A DNA stretch of 64,000 nucleotides from Bdellovibrionales bacterium. GTDB taxonomy: Bacteria; Bdellovibrionota; Bdellovibrionia; Bdellovibrionales; JAGQZY01. A program made the translations under genes and the position numbers. Shown in pieces: positions 49,725 through 60,482 of the stretch (within the stretch, counting starts at the first letter, position 1; every line of letters starts with the position of its first letter). The stretch covers positions 13,369 to 77,368 of the forward strand of contig JANPLN010000067.1 of the NCBI GenBank assembly GCA_031426555.1. Direction: 5' to 3'. Under the pieces are notes generated by a model that saw only the letters and a program-made list of their open reading frames with translations, made no database searches and had not been told where the DNA came from.

Positions 49725-50189
49725 ATGAAATATCTAAGTCTTGCCATGTTGGCGGTCATCGTTACTTTGAGCTGGTTTTTAATCAAATCGCCTGCGGATT
49801 TAACGGCCGAACAGCATGCACGTCTGCAAGAAGTTCTGAAAGAATATCTTGCCTCATACCTCAAGGAAACCAGTCCCACAGCCTCCACTATCGAAGACGC
49901 CCAGGTCGTGACCCGGGTGATCGAGCGCGGTAAAAAAATGCAGGCTCAGTTTAAATTTTTCTACACCATCGCCGGCGAAAATGGCTCTTCCAACAAAATT
50001 GCCCGCGAAGGTCTCTTTTTACTGACTTCAGAAAACGGCAATGATTGGACTGCCAAAATGGAAAAAATTAACGATACCTATGTGGAGTTCTCAGACGCTC
50101 TGCAAATTTCTTTGAGCTCTCCCGCCCCTGCAGAAGAGGGCGCACCTGCTGAAGAGCCTGCGGCACCTGCCAAAGCCAAAGGCCACTGA
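49725..50189 (+). CDS. Hypothetical membrane-anchored protein
   Basis: GAGG SD, N-terminal hydrophobic helix, Pro/Ala/Glu tail. Confidence 0.75.
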   Translation: MKYLSLAMLAVIVTLSWFLIKSPADLTAEQHARLQEVLKEYLASYLKETSPTASTIEDAQVVTRVIERGKKMQAQFKFFYTIAGENGSSNKIAREGLFLLTSENGNDWTAKMEKINDTYVEFSDALQISLSSPAPAEEGAPAEEPAAPAKAKGH

Positions 50190-50194
50190 ATATT

Positions 50195-51238
50195 GTGAAT
50201 GCAACGCCAGTAGCTGATTCTCCAAAAATCATCGCCCTCGACGAAGAGGGCTTTTTTATTCTTTCCGGCGACGTTCGCCTGGCCGACCCCCGAGAAGGGA
50301 AATCCCTTCTACAAAATCTTTCTATGGACGAACGTGGCGGCTGTTGGACGACCTGGGACGGCGAGACTCTGCTCGTAGAACCTTTTGATAAACCACTGGT
50401 CGCGCAACAAATCGAAAAAACGGCAAACGAAATACACCTGCTCGCGCCCTATGGCTTCCAAGCGGTGATCCGTTTGGACTCATTGTGTTTGGACGAGTGG
50501 GATCGCTTTCACGGTTTAACTCAAAACAACATCCCCTTTGTTTTGAGCCGAAAAGCTCAAGCAGAATTTTTTAATTGTTTAGATGAGTTTGATGACGACA
50601 GCTTTACACTTTGGGGTAAAACCTATCCCACTCCGCCTTTTTATATTAACGAGCCAGAAGTTAATAAAACACAGTTTTGGACGCAAAAATATTCAGACAA
50701 GCAGGCTCCCTGGGATCTGGGCACCGCCCACCCCGCACTGGATGCCATCTTGCCGCAAATCAAAATGAATAAATGCCGCATTCTCAACTTGGGTTGTGGG
50801 CGCGGGCACGATGCAGCTTATTTTGCAAAGTTAGGCCATGTTGTAACAGGTGTGGATTTTTCGGAAACCGCCATACAGCAGGCCAAGGATCAATATGGCT
50901 CCCGCCCCAATCTGCAATGGGCCGTGGGCGATGCTCTTTCTGAGAAGGGCTTCCCTCCAGCGGATTTGATTTTTGAACACACTTTGTTTTGTGCCATTGA
51001 ACCTTCGAAGCGCAAAAACTTGATTCAGCAGTGGAAACGCACCCTTGATGAGCGCGGGCACATTTTAGGAATTTTCTTTGTGCACCCACAGCGCCGTGGA
51101 CCACCTTACGGCGGATCGGAATGGGAACTGCGCGAACTCCTCGAAAACGATTTTCGTCTTCTGTTTTGGAAGCGTTGGGCCTTTTCCCCCGAAAGACGCC
51201 ACGGCCAAGAGCTCGTCGTTTACGCTCAGAAGAAATAA
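50195..51238 (+). CDS. TPMT-like SAM methyltransferase with N-terminal extra domain
   Basis: PWDLG, LGCGRGHDA, IFEHTLFCAI, GPPYG. Confidence 0.85.
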   Translation: MNATPVADSPKIIALDEEGFFILSGDVRLADPREGKSLLQNLSMDERGGCWTTWDGETLLVEPFDKPLVAQQIEKTANEIHLLAPYGFQAVIRLDSLCLDEWDRFHGLTQNNIPFVLSRKAQAEFFNCLDEFDDDSFTLWGKTYPTPPFYINEPEVNKTQFWTQKYSDKQAPWDLGTAHPALDAILPQIKMNKCRILNLGCGRGHDAAYFAKLGHVVTGVDFSETAIQQAKDQYGSRPNLQWAVGDALSEKGFPPADLIFEHTLFCAIEPSKRKNLIQQWKRTLDERGHILGIFFVHPQRRGPPYGGSEWELRELLENDFRLLFWKRWAFSPERRHGQELVVYAQKK

Positions 51239-51294
51239 GTACCCTTTTTACATCATCCCTTGTGGACCCCCCAAAGACAGGTTAGAACCGCGAT

Positions 51295-51638
51295 CAAGGT
51301 TCAACGGGCTATTGCTCCCCTTAAAAGGAGAGGAAAGTCCGGACTTCACAAGGCAGCGCAAGGGATAACGCCCCTCCACCGTAAGGTGAGGAACAGTGGA
51401 ACAGAGAGAATGTCCAGAGTGATGATCTGATTGGCGGGAACGGGAGCCTTTCAGGGAATGATGGAGTGAAAACAGCCAAACTCTGCGCGAAGCAAGATCA
51501 AATAGGGAAGCTATGGCACCGCCTGCGTCGGCTTCCGGGTAAGATCGCTTGAGGTTCTCAGTAATGAGGATCCCAGATGAATAATAGCCTCCCAGTTTAA
51601 CCGCTGGTAGACAGAATCCGGCTTACAGTTGAACCTTG
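51295..51638 (+). ncRNA. rnpB: RNase P RNA (probably type A)
   Basis: GAGGAAAGTCCGG ... ACAGAATCCGGCTTA (P4), GTGAAAC, GAAGCAAG; P1 stem CAAGGTTCAAC/GTTGAACCTTG. Confidence 0.96.
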
Positions 51639-51717
51639 TTTTTTATTGTAATGATGATTCTTTTATGAAAACTTTAAAGCAGTTATTTAAATTACTTTAA
51701 AGATAAAAGGATTTATC

Positions 51718-53164
51718 ATGAGATGTACCGTTACCCTCGTCGCTTTATTTCTATGTAGCCAGTCACTTTGGGCGCAAACAATTTCTCCATCTGTAGAAAA
51801 AAAATTAAAAGAGCAAAAAAAAGTAGATATAATTGTATATCTTAAAGAAAAAGCGCTTATAAAAGCTCAGCTGCCGCTGATGGATCGGGCCGCTCGTATT
51901 CAATATCTTTACCAAGAGTTGGGCCAAACCGCCCTCAAATCACAAAAAAATCTACTTAATTTTTTAAAAACTTCGAAGACTCAGCATCAATCATTTTACA
52001 TCGAAAACGCCGTCGCCATTTTTGGTGCCAACGATCTTTTGATTCGAACGGTGAGCTCTTTTTCTGAAATCGAAAAAATTGCCATCAATGCAGAGGGTGG
52101 CTTAAATCTGCCAGACCTCCCATCATCGTTGGAAAAGCGCACCGTGGAGCCGCATTTAACAATGATCGGAGTGGATCCAGGTTTGGGATAAGCTTAAAAT
52201 TCACGGGCAAGGCATCGTGATAGCCGGTCAAGATACTGGTTATTTTTGGGATCACAGTGCTTTAAAAAAGCAGTACCGAGGTTTCAACGCTGGAAGCGTG
52301 GATCATCGTTACAGTTGGCACAACGCGATCCACAACCAAGGTGTCACTGGCTGTACCCAAAATCAAGCGTCGCCCTGTGACGACACCGGACACGGCACCC
52401 ACACCATGGGAGCCATGATAGGAGACGACAGTTTGGGAAACAAAATCGGTGTTGCCCCTCTCGCAAAGTGGATCGGCTGCCGTAACATGAATAATGGAAT
52501 TGGCACCCTCGCGTCTTATTTGGAGTGCTTTGAGTTTTTCCTCGCACCCTACCCCCAAGGTGGCGATCCTAAAATTGATGGACGCCCCGACTTGGCTCCG
52601 CACGTTGTGAACAACTCGTGGTCATGCCCCATCGACGAGGGTTGCGAAAACGATGCTCTTTTGGAGACGATGAAAATCTTTAAAGCTGCAGGAATTTTCG
52701 TGGTCGTCGCCGCCGGTAATTATGGACCTCAATGCGGCAGCGTGGGAACTCCGCCGGCGAATCACTCCGCCGAAGTTATGTCTGTCGGAGCTTACAACAC
52801 CTACACCAAGGATATCGCGTTCTTCTCAGCGTTAGGCCCGGCGTTTCCCAGTTGTGACCTTGCTCCCCATATCATCGCCCCAGGGGTCTTTATTCGCTCC
52901 GCAGTGCACACGGGAGTAAATGCCTACGACGATAAGGCTGGCACGTCCATGGCGAGCCCGCAGGTGGCAGGAGTGATTGCTCTGCTATGGTCAGCGCGCC
53001 CAGAGCTCATTGGTCAGATAGAGGCCACGCAGGAGATCTTGCAAAAAACGGCAACACCCATGGTGGCCAGCACCTCTTGTGTTGGGTTTCCTGCCAGCAA
53101 AATTCCCAATGCGGTTTATGGTTACGGCATGATCAACGCTTATAAGGCGTTAACTGCGCCCTAG
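51718..53164 (+). pseudogene. Secreted S8 subtilase (bacillopeptidase F-like) split by a 1-nt insertion near 52177
   Basis: Signal plus propeptide in ORF 51718-52191; catalytic QDTG, HGTHT, GTSMAS in ORF 52217-53164. Removing one C in GATCCAG gives continuous IGVDQVWDKLKIHGQGIVIAGQDTG. Could be a sequencing error. Confidence 0.8.
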
Positions 53165-53233
53165 CCGACTGGCGACCCCTTACACACCGGCACTGTTCAG
53201 CCCCTGAGACAGTGTCTAACAATTTGCCAGTTC

Positions 53234-53248
53234 GTCTCATTAAGAGAC
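53234..53248. promoter_or_regulatory. Perfect palindromic operator / candidate enhancer site
   Basis: GTCTCattaaGAGAC; extra TGAGAC half-site at 53205-53210. Confidence 0.6.
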
Positions 53249-53291
53249 CCCCATTTTTTACTTAAACCCTCAAATTTCCTCATGTTTTCAT

Positions 53292-53307
53292 TGGCTCACC
53301 TTTTGCT
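53292..53307 (+). promoter_or_regulatory. sigma54 (-24/-12) promoter
   Basis: TGGCTCACCTTTTGCT matches TGGCACGNNNNTTGCW with exact GG-N10-GC spacing. Confidence 0.72.
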
Positions 53308-53333
53308 CTATACACTGTTGAAGTGGGGTTCAA

Positions 53334-56300
53334 ATGAAGTCATTCTATCTAGGAATTTTGGTTCTTATGGTATCAACCGGGTGCAGTCTCCGCAAACGCG
53401 CCATGGAAACTCCCGTTCCAAACGAACAGAATTTCAATAAAGAATTCTTTTTCGAAAAGGGCGACACTGCAAAACCAAAACGCTTCATTTTCGGAAAAGC
53501 CACCACGCAAGTAGATACCATCGCCGAAAAAGGCGGAGCTCTTTATCTCGCGCAATTAAATCTTCACGAAAATATCGAGTTTAAACTCACTAACGATTAC
53601 CTGATTGGATATCGCGTAAACCCCTCTCTTCCAAACAATCGCGAGCGCTGGATTCCTGTTTTGCGCATTAAAATTTCGAAACACTTTTACAACGAAATGC
53701 GAAAAGACGAATACGGCCGGGACACCAAAGAGTTGATCGAAAATGACCAACGCAGCGACTGGACCCGCAGACCCATGATGAAGCTCGACCTCACAAACAT
53801 CACCTACGAAGAAAACGCCGTGAAGTCATCGTCTCTACGGCGCGAAATCTTAACTCTTGCTGCTGACGAGATCGAGCGAGATGACAAGAATTCTTTTCTT
53901 GGTTTTAACATCAACGAAAAGGTGACTTGGAGTTTTGGACGTAACAACAACTCCTCCACATCGATGGGTATCACCAGCCGAATAAATCTTATGGCGTTTA
54001 AACCTGATTATAATTTTAAAGGAACTCCCTACCATGTCAGTAACGCAAAATACTTTAATATTTTGCACACAGTGAGTCGGCAGATCGAAGACGGTGGCGG
54101 AGTGGATCGCCAGATGATGAAAGCTGCTAAGTGGGATTTTTCAAAACCTTTAGACATTTATCTCAATAATGTTCCCGAAAAATACACTCAAGTTTTTATC
54201 GACGCCGTCAATGAGTGGGATTTGATGTTACAAAACATCAAAGCTGTACCAGCGGGGCAAAAAGCCTTTCGCGTTCACACCACCTATCCAGGAAAATATA
54301 CGTTCGATTTACGGTACCCCACGCTCAATTGGGTCGAAGACACTCGAATCTCCGCTCACGGCCCATTAGGTATTGCCCTTAACAACGCCGATTTAGAAAC
54401 AGGAAAAATGATTGGTGCTAACGTGGTCATCTATGGTGGAAAACTTGAAGCATTTTTAAATCGTTACCCAGTAAATTCGGGCAATGCGCAGTTTTCTAAA
54501 ATTGTAAACACGGTGGAAATGGCCGCTTTCCCTTTTATACCCTTCAATTTTGGCAGTGGTCCTGCAAATATTCCTTTGTTGCAACAATCACTTCCTGATA
54601 TTCGCTTTGATCTTCTTCCCAGCGCCCCTACGGTTGCCATGTTCGATGCGGCAACCACTAACTTCACCCAAAATACAGACTTCGAATCTCTCCTCGATAC
54701 GCAGTTTTTCGAACACACTAACAATCTAGATTCAATGCAAGAGCCCACGACTCTTGAGCAAGCGTTTCAACAAGAGCATTATCAACAGCTTAAAAGCAAT
54801 AGTTTTGAGAGCGGATTCTTTGTAAGCCACCACGACCGAACTTTTGCAGACATGGCTCCGCAAATTTCAGCCGCTTTGGATACTGTTGTGAGCGGTAGTG
54901 ATCGTGAAAAAGTAAAACGCTCGGTAATCAAAAATGTATTACTCCATGAGCTTGGTCATTTTTTAGGGCTTGGTCACCAATTCAAAGGCAGCATCTTGCC
55001 TGATGAGGGAACTCTTCCGACGATTTATACAAACTCGGTTCGTAACGCTAGTAAACCTGAAACCCTTTATGCCAAATCGCGTGCGGCTACAGGCAGAACC
55101 AACTACACCTCCATTATGGACTATCCCAGTGGATTCGTCGAGGTTGCTATCAAAGAGAAAGATGTAAAACCTGGAATGCATGATGAGTTGGTTTTGCGCT
55201 ATATTTATAAAGGCCAAATAAGCCTCTACGACAGAGCTAACGATAAATTTAATTTTGAGTTTACTCTTGATGAAATAAATCAACAGCACTTAGGCCAAAT
55301 CCCTCAGACCGTCAACGGAATGAGCGTTGCCTACTTCCCAGCTTGTAATGATTGGGACGCTACACTCATGCGCGACTCCGAATGCAAACGCTGGGACGAC
55401 GGTATAACACCTGCCGAAATCGTTGACTCACAATTTCGCATGGTCCGAGACAACATCAGTAGCATCCTATTTAACTTTTCAAACAGAAGCAATCAAAGCG
55501 CCGAAGAGGCAGAGGCCCGCCTTTGGGGATCTGCTCTCGCAATGTTTTCAAACGTACGTACCTTTTATGATGACCTTCGAATTCACTTAGCCGCAACCAT
55601 TTACGAAGGCAACCTTACACAGTGGGAAGCTCTCCGCGGAGATAACGATGCTCTCTTTAATTTTTCCAGAGCCTGCACGCAAAATACGGCAACGATTCAA
55701 AATAAGGTCCTCAAAAATATTATGCGCGACAAAAAAGTGAGAAAATTATGCAAAGCTAATTTAGCGGTTCTCAACCAAACAAGAAGCTTTGTCTCTATGC
55801 CGATGTTCGATCACACAGACGTTAGCTTTTCTATAAGCGTACAGGGTGGCTTTATTGGTGGTGAAGGATCAAACAACTCCAGCAAATACTTCAGCGGAAC
55901 CTACACAGGGCTAACCAACTACCCTTTAAAAATGGCTGCACTTTACAATATGACCTCAGCCAATCCGTACATGTTTTACAACGGCTATTTTATGAATAAT
56001 TTATTTTTCGACAAATCAGAATACCGTTTTCTTTATCGGACTCTTTTCCCGCACGAAGTGACGGAAATTATGTCCCTTGCTGTCACCAAGAATATGGCGT
56101 TTGGCTCTGATGAAAATAGCGCTTCGGGCGAAACAACGCTCGGCAAAACCGTCCTCTCGCTTGCTTATCTAAACTCCATCATGAATTCCGGTAACTATGC
56201 GGGTAACGAAACGGCTCGACCTACAGACGACTACAATCGTATATTGCAGACACAAGCTCAATTCGGCTTCAAAGTGGTTGCTATTATGCTCACCGCAGTT

Positions 56301-56936
56301 GAACCCACAGAAGGCGACAAAGAACGAATCAAACAGTTTAAATTTGATTTGCTCGACTTGCGCACAATGAAAACTGCGCCCATTCAAGATGTTTATCTTT
56401 TGCCTGGCGGTCGAATCATCGCTCGAGACAAAGGTAAGTTTCTTTTCCCGCTGTCCGAAATTCGCTTCATTAACGATAGCACTGCTTTTGTTATGGCCTA
56501 CCAGATTGAATACGACGAACCAGCTTTAGAAGATAAACTCTTCGAAGAATCAACCAAGGCACTTCTCACCAGTGAACACAGTAAAATCGTTGACGACTGT
56601 ATCGATGGCATAAACAGCTCGGGTTTATCAAAGTTTTTCACCGGCGCAACGCGCGATGATCTCGATCCTACGAAGCAGTTTGTTGGCTTCCATATTCAAC
56701 TTGGAATTTCGACCGAACTCAATACGACAAAACGCGATGATTTTAAGACCTCTCTCCGACAAGAGTTCGAAAAATATGAGGCTTATGCGCGCACAAAAAA
56801 TCCAAAGCTCAATGAGCAAAACACGATGACCCGTCGTTGTGAAGAGGCTGTACGTGGAGTGGGTATGATTTCCTCAGCCGCTGCTTTGTTGAATGGTTAC
56901 TGGCTTGGCATAACTAACAACTACATAAAAAGGTAA
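53334..56936 (+). CDS. Giant zinc-dependent metalloprotease lipoprotein (metzincin)
   Basis: Lipobox VSTG|C; HELGHFLGLGH; Met-turn SIMDY; 1200 aa. Confidence 0.88.
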   Translation: MKSFYLGILVLMVSTGCSLRKRAMETPVPNEQNFNKEFFFEKGDTAKPKRFIFGKATTQVDTIAEKGGALYLAQLNLHENIEFKLTNDYLIGYRVNPSLPNNRERWIPVLRIKISKHFYNEMRKDEYGRDTKELIENDQRSDWTRRPMMKLDLTNITYEENAVKSSSLRREILTLAADEIERDDKNSFLGFNINEKVTWSFGRNNNSSTSMGITSRINLMAFKPDYNFKGTPYHVSNAKYFNILHTVSRQIEDGGGVDRQMMKAAKWDFSKPLDIYLNNVPEKYTQVFIDAVNEWDLMLQNIKAVPAGQKAFRVHTTYPGKYTFDLRYPTLNWVEDTRISAHGPLGIALNNADLETGKMIGANVVIYGGKLEAFLNRYPVNSGNAQFSKIVNTVEMAAFPFIPFNFGSGPANIPLLQQSLPDIRFDLLPSAPTVAMFDAATTNFTQNTDFESLLDTQFFEHTNNLDSMQEPTTLEQAFQQEHYQQLKSNSFESGFFVSHHDRTFADMAPQISAALDTVVSGSDREKVKRSVIKNVLLHELGHFLGLGHQFKGSILPDEGTLPTIYTNSVRNASKPETLYAKSRAATGRTNYTSIMDYPSGFVEVAIKEKDVKPGMHDELVLRYIYKGQISLYDRANDKFNFEFTLDEINQQHLGQIPQTVNGMSVAYFPACNDWDATLMRDSECKRWDDGITPAEIVDSQFRMVRDNISSILFNFSNRSNQSAEEAEARLWGSALAMFSNVRTFYDDLRIHLAATIYEGNLTQWEALRGDNDALFNFSRACTQNTATIQNKVLKNIMRDKKVRKLCKANLAVLNQTRSFVSMPMFDHTDVSFSISVQGGFIGGEGSNNSSKYFSGTYTGLTNYPLKMAALYNMTSANPYMFYNGYFMNNLFFDKSEYRFLYRTLFPHEVTEIMSLAVTKNMAFGSDENSASGETTLGKTVLSLAYLNSIMNSGNYAGNETARPTDDYNRILQTQAQFGFKVVAIMLTAVEPTEGDKERIKQFKFDLLDLRTMKTAPIQDVYLLPGGRIIARDKGKFLFPLSEIRFINDSTAFVMAYQIEYDEPALEDKLFEESTKALLTSEHSKIVDDCIDGINSSGLSKFFTGATRDDLDPTKQFVGFHIQLGISTELNTTKRDDFKTSLRQEFEKYEAYARTKNPKLNEQNTMTRRCEEAVRGVGMISSAAALLNGYWLGITNNYIKR

Positions 56937-56940
56937 GTCT

Positions 56941-59900
56941 ATGAAATTTTTATTACTGCTTTCCATTTTTTGTATTTTTGTCGGGTGCCAAGGACGCGAT
57001 ACGGTAGTTAATCCCCATCAGCAAAAACTAGACACCGAAGCTAATCTGCCACCAAACCAAAAAGTGTTGCAGTTTGGAGATTTAAATTTTGCAAATTTAC
57101 AGCAAACTTTTACCACCGCAAAAAGAAGTCCCGAAATTGTTTTAAATCGAGTTATTTTACCTCTCGAACAAAATATTTTTAATCTTCAAACACTTTTAAA
57201 TCCCACAACGACATCTGGCGATTTTTATAAGTGGATCAATTTGTATACAGACTCCCTTTACGAACTTATAAGTTTCAGCTCGACTCGAGCTGCAGATGCA
57301 CGGCTCGATGCTTTTATCAGTTTAGCCATGCATGAATGTAACCCGAATCTCGACGACTGTCAGTTATTAAGTGTTTTTCGTTTAAGCCCTAGCTCCAGTC
57401 GTCTCTTCGTGCTGAAAGCTAATCGTGTCGGGGCTTTGATCAATGAGTGTGTCAACACACCAACCCAACGAAGCTGCTCTTCCCTGGTCACGCAGAAATA
57501 TAAATTCTTAGCCTTCGCTAATCTGTTGGACATTGCGGGAACTAAAGACAAAGAGTTTCTATCATCTTATTTAGAACACGCAAACCTATTGCTCGAAATG
57601 GAAAACAACACACAAATTCATCAACTTTCAGTCGCAATGTTTATGACTCTTTTTCAAACTTTAGAGGCAAGTCCTGAGCAGTGTGAAATTGCGAAAAAAT
57701 TTAATAGCTGGTCGTATTCAAAGAAAAGCTCCACTCGCTACGCAGAAATTTCGAAAAAATTGTTCAGCCTGGCAACAAAATGTGATCTTTACCAATCCAA
57801 CGGGCAACTGAGTGTATCCTTTTGGAATACGATGAAGGACCTGCAGATTAATAATTCGGATTCAGGTAACTTGTCATTCTACCGCCGCCTTCTAGCCATT
57901 AAACGAACCCCGGTAGATATGGAAGCGGCACGAAACCTTGGCCTTGCACCACTTGTCGCGAAGGCAACCACTCGGACCACCAAAGGGGCGCTGAACCCGC
58001 GATTTTACAACGAGTATTTTTACGCTCTTGACCGCTTTTACAACGGGCACATTGTTCTGGAAGATGCACAGCAAATTCTTTTGGGTGCAACGCGCGACTA
58101 CACCTTGCTGCTCGAAAGTTTTAACGACTACATGAAGCTACAAACTTTCCTAAAAATGACGGATTCGAAAAAATTCATAAAAAATATCATCGATCGAAAT
58201 CAAGCTATCATCTCGAGTGAGAGGCTCTTCGAGCGTTCGATACTGGACAGCGAACCGCTAGCACAGGAATGGATCGCCCTTCAAAGCGGATTTAACAGTT
58301 TATTTATTGCTGTTAAGTTTGTTCTTTCTAGACAAAACTCTGCAAACTTAGCTGTTGGTTTGCGGGATGCAGAATTACAATTTAAAAACCTAGCACAAAG
58401 TTTAAAAATTATGGTCACGTACCCCGCTATGCACCAGCTAGCGCATTTGATTTCTGAAGCTCAGGGTACGGTGAGCGTTCGTACTTTTTGGGGAAAAATC
58501 GAAAAATCAGCGATGTCGGTTTATCAAGATCTCTGGGCTGGTTTACAGCAACCGTGGTTTCGTTTTGCTGACGATCCAACCTCGATCAATAAATACTACT
58601 TACTGTATTCTCTCGATTACAATTTAAAAAGCAATTTCGTACTGATTCAAAAAAATGCGAACTCACATGATAACAACTATCTTCGCGGTCACTTTTTTTC
58701 TGTTTTGTTAAATAAATTTATTGGTAAAATACGTTCAGAACTCGAAAAAAGGTACCGGGATGACTTTCGCTCCAAGCGAACAGCTAATTCGATGGTTGCC
58801 AGCAATCAAAATTTTTGCGCCTTCGAACTAAATCCTAATGTCACGTCCACACCGCCGCTCAACATGCCAGTGGAAAGTCTTGCGAACCTGATCTACTCGG
58901 GTCAAAACAAGGGGACTGCCTCAAACTATTTACAACCAACTCTCGATCTAATTTCGTCTATGAAAACGATTATGGCGCACATCCATGTCTCGGTGAAACC
59001 TCGCATTGAGTACGCTCACCAAATTCTTTATGTGGCCGAGGCTAACGGGATCACTGGCGATAGCCTAAAAGAAGCCAAAGACGAACTTGAGCGAACTGAA
59101 AATTTGATGAATGATGCGATTCGCTTTTTTGCAGCGGAGTTCAAAAGTCAAAAAAATTGTTTCATTCGAATGACTTTAGCAGAGCAGTACCAGCAGTATC
59201 TCACTATCGAAAACGAACGCGTCTACCTCGCTCAAGTGCATGCAGAAATGGGCGGAGACTTGCAAACTAAAGATGGCACCGAAGTCATCACCGCGATTCA
59301 AACTCTTAATAATACTGCAGGTAGATTCAAAGACACCAACCAATTGCTTTCGGACAACCCAGAGCAAAACTACTTTGATTTTTTTAGTAGCCGATCCGCC
59401 TTTAACTACAGCCAGTACGACTTTTTAATGCGCTTGGCACGCCGATTAGAGACCGGCGATTTTGGAACTCCATCGGCCGCTCTTCAAACGCACGAGCGCT
59501 CCCTGTTCCGAAAATTTCCACAAGCTCTTCGTAAGCCATTACTTTTGGCTCGCAACTGGTCCATTCGCTACCCGCCAAATGTTAAAGATAGCGCATTTTT
59601 AAAAGATCGCTCCGCCGATATCCCACTTGTTTGGTCTGAAGATCGCGAGGAATTTATTCGCCAGGGACTTTCAGCAATCAACAAAGCAAATAAACCGTTT
59701 ACAATGTGGTTAGTGGAAAACAACAGAATTGATAACTTTAAAAGTTTAGTTGAATCAGCAATGTATCTGTACGCTGCTACAGATTCCTCGTCTGCCAACC
59801 GAATTACAAGCAACGATGTGTTTCAAACTATGGAAGAGTTAGTCAGTTTTATCTCCTTAACCGACTATGATGTGCAGATTTTCAAATCGCTAGGGCTCGA

Positions 59901-60471
59901 AAGTCGTGCTACTCTTGACGAAATGGCCAATGTCTTTTTGGCCACAGCGGCTCAGATAGGTAATAACAAACCCGAGATTTTGTCTGAGTCTTTACATCCT
60001 TTCACTTTGCTCTATGCAAATTTTGTGAAGATTTTCAATATCGATAACGCCATCTTTAGAGAGTCTCTGTTAAATGTAAATATGCAGGCTGACCAACCAC
60101 TCGAAAACGCCTATTTATTTTCGACTGTCCTCAACAACGACGTTTTCAAAATCAATTTTCAAACTCACGATCATCTCGTGAAAAAATTAAGAGACGACTA
60201 CACAGCTATCACGCTTAAACAGGTGGAAAAGATTCTTAATTTGCGGAAAGTACTTTTTGACAAAAAGAGCACGAAATACGCTGCGTCGGTTTTCCGCGTA
60301 TTGGACAATGAAGCTGTGACCTTCGAAAGTGCAAGCGCAGTGTCGCACTTAGACAATCTGATCCACCCTCAGAAGTATAACAATATTTTAATTTTTGTTC
60401 GTGAGTTTGATCAATCCACAAAAAATGCCTACGGAACTGGCGAGCTACTTAAGAACCTCCCAGCAAATTAG
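56941..60471 (+). CDS. Giant hypothetical lipoprotein (helical)
   Basis: Lipobox FVG|C; 1176 aa; starts 4 nt after the protease stop. Confidence 0.8.
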   Translation: MKFLLLLSIFCIFVGCQGRDTVVNPHQQKLDTEANLPPNQKVLQFGDLNFANLQQTFTTAKRSPEIVLNRVILPLEQNIFNLQTLLNPTTTSGDFYKWINLYTDSLYELISFSSTRAADARLDAFISLAMHECNPNLDDCQLLSVFRLSPSSSRLFVLKANRVGALINECVNTPTQRSCSSLVTQKYKFLAFANLLDIAGTKDKEFLSSYLEHANLLLEMENNTQIHQLSVAMFMTLFQTLEASPEQCEIAKKFNSWSYSKKSSTRYAEISKKLFSLATKCDLYQSNGQLSVSFWNTMKDLQINNSDSGNLSFYRRLLAIKRTPVDMEAARNLGLAPLVAKATTRTTKGALNPRFYNEYFYALDRFYNGHIVLEDAQQILLGATRDYTLLLESFNDYMKLQTFLKMTDSKKFIKNIIDRNQAIISSERLFERSILDSEPLAQEWIALQSGFNSLFIAVKFVLSRQNSANLAVGLRDAELQFKNLAQSLKIMVTYPAMHQLAHLISEAQGTVSVRTFWGKIEKSAMSVYQDLWAGLQQPWFRFADDPTSINKYYLLYSLDYNLKSNFVLIQKNANSHDNNYLRGHFFSVLLNKFIGKIRSELEKRYRDDFRSKRTANSMVASNQNFCAFELNPNVTSTPPLNMPVESLANLIYSGQNKGTASNYLQPTLDLISSMKTIMAHIHVSVKPRIEYAHQILYVAEANGITGDSLKEAKDELERTENLMNDAIRFFAAEFKSQKNCFIRMTLAEQYQQYLTIENERVYLAQVHAEMGGDLQTKDGTEVITAIQTLNNTAGRFKDTNQLLSDNPEQNYFDFFSSRSAFNYSQYDFLMRLARRLETGDFGTPSAALQTHERSLFRKFPQALRKPLLLARNWSIRYPPNVKDSAFLKDRSADIPLVWSEDREEFIRQGLSAINKANKPFTMWLVENNRIDNFKSLVESAMYLYAATDSSSANRITSNDVFQTMEELVSFISLTDYDVQIFKSLGLESRATLDEMANVFLATAAQIGNNKPEILSESLHPFTLLYANFVKIFNIDNAIFRESLLNVNMQADQPLENAYLFSTVLNNDVFKINFQTHDHLVKKLRDDYTAITLKQVEKILNLRKVLFDKKSTKYAASVFRVLDNEAVTFESASAVSHLDNLIHPQKYNNILIFVREFDQSTKNAYGTGELLKNLPAN

Positions 60472-60482
60472 ACAGGAACTCA

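Noticed and set aside
51078..51368. 96-aa ORF running into rnpB
   Set aside because: Overlaps the methyltransferase and the RNase P RNA; no coding signal.
52161..52230. Programmed frameshift or phase variation in the subtilase
   Set aside because: No slippery heptamer or long homopolymer at the site.
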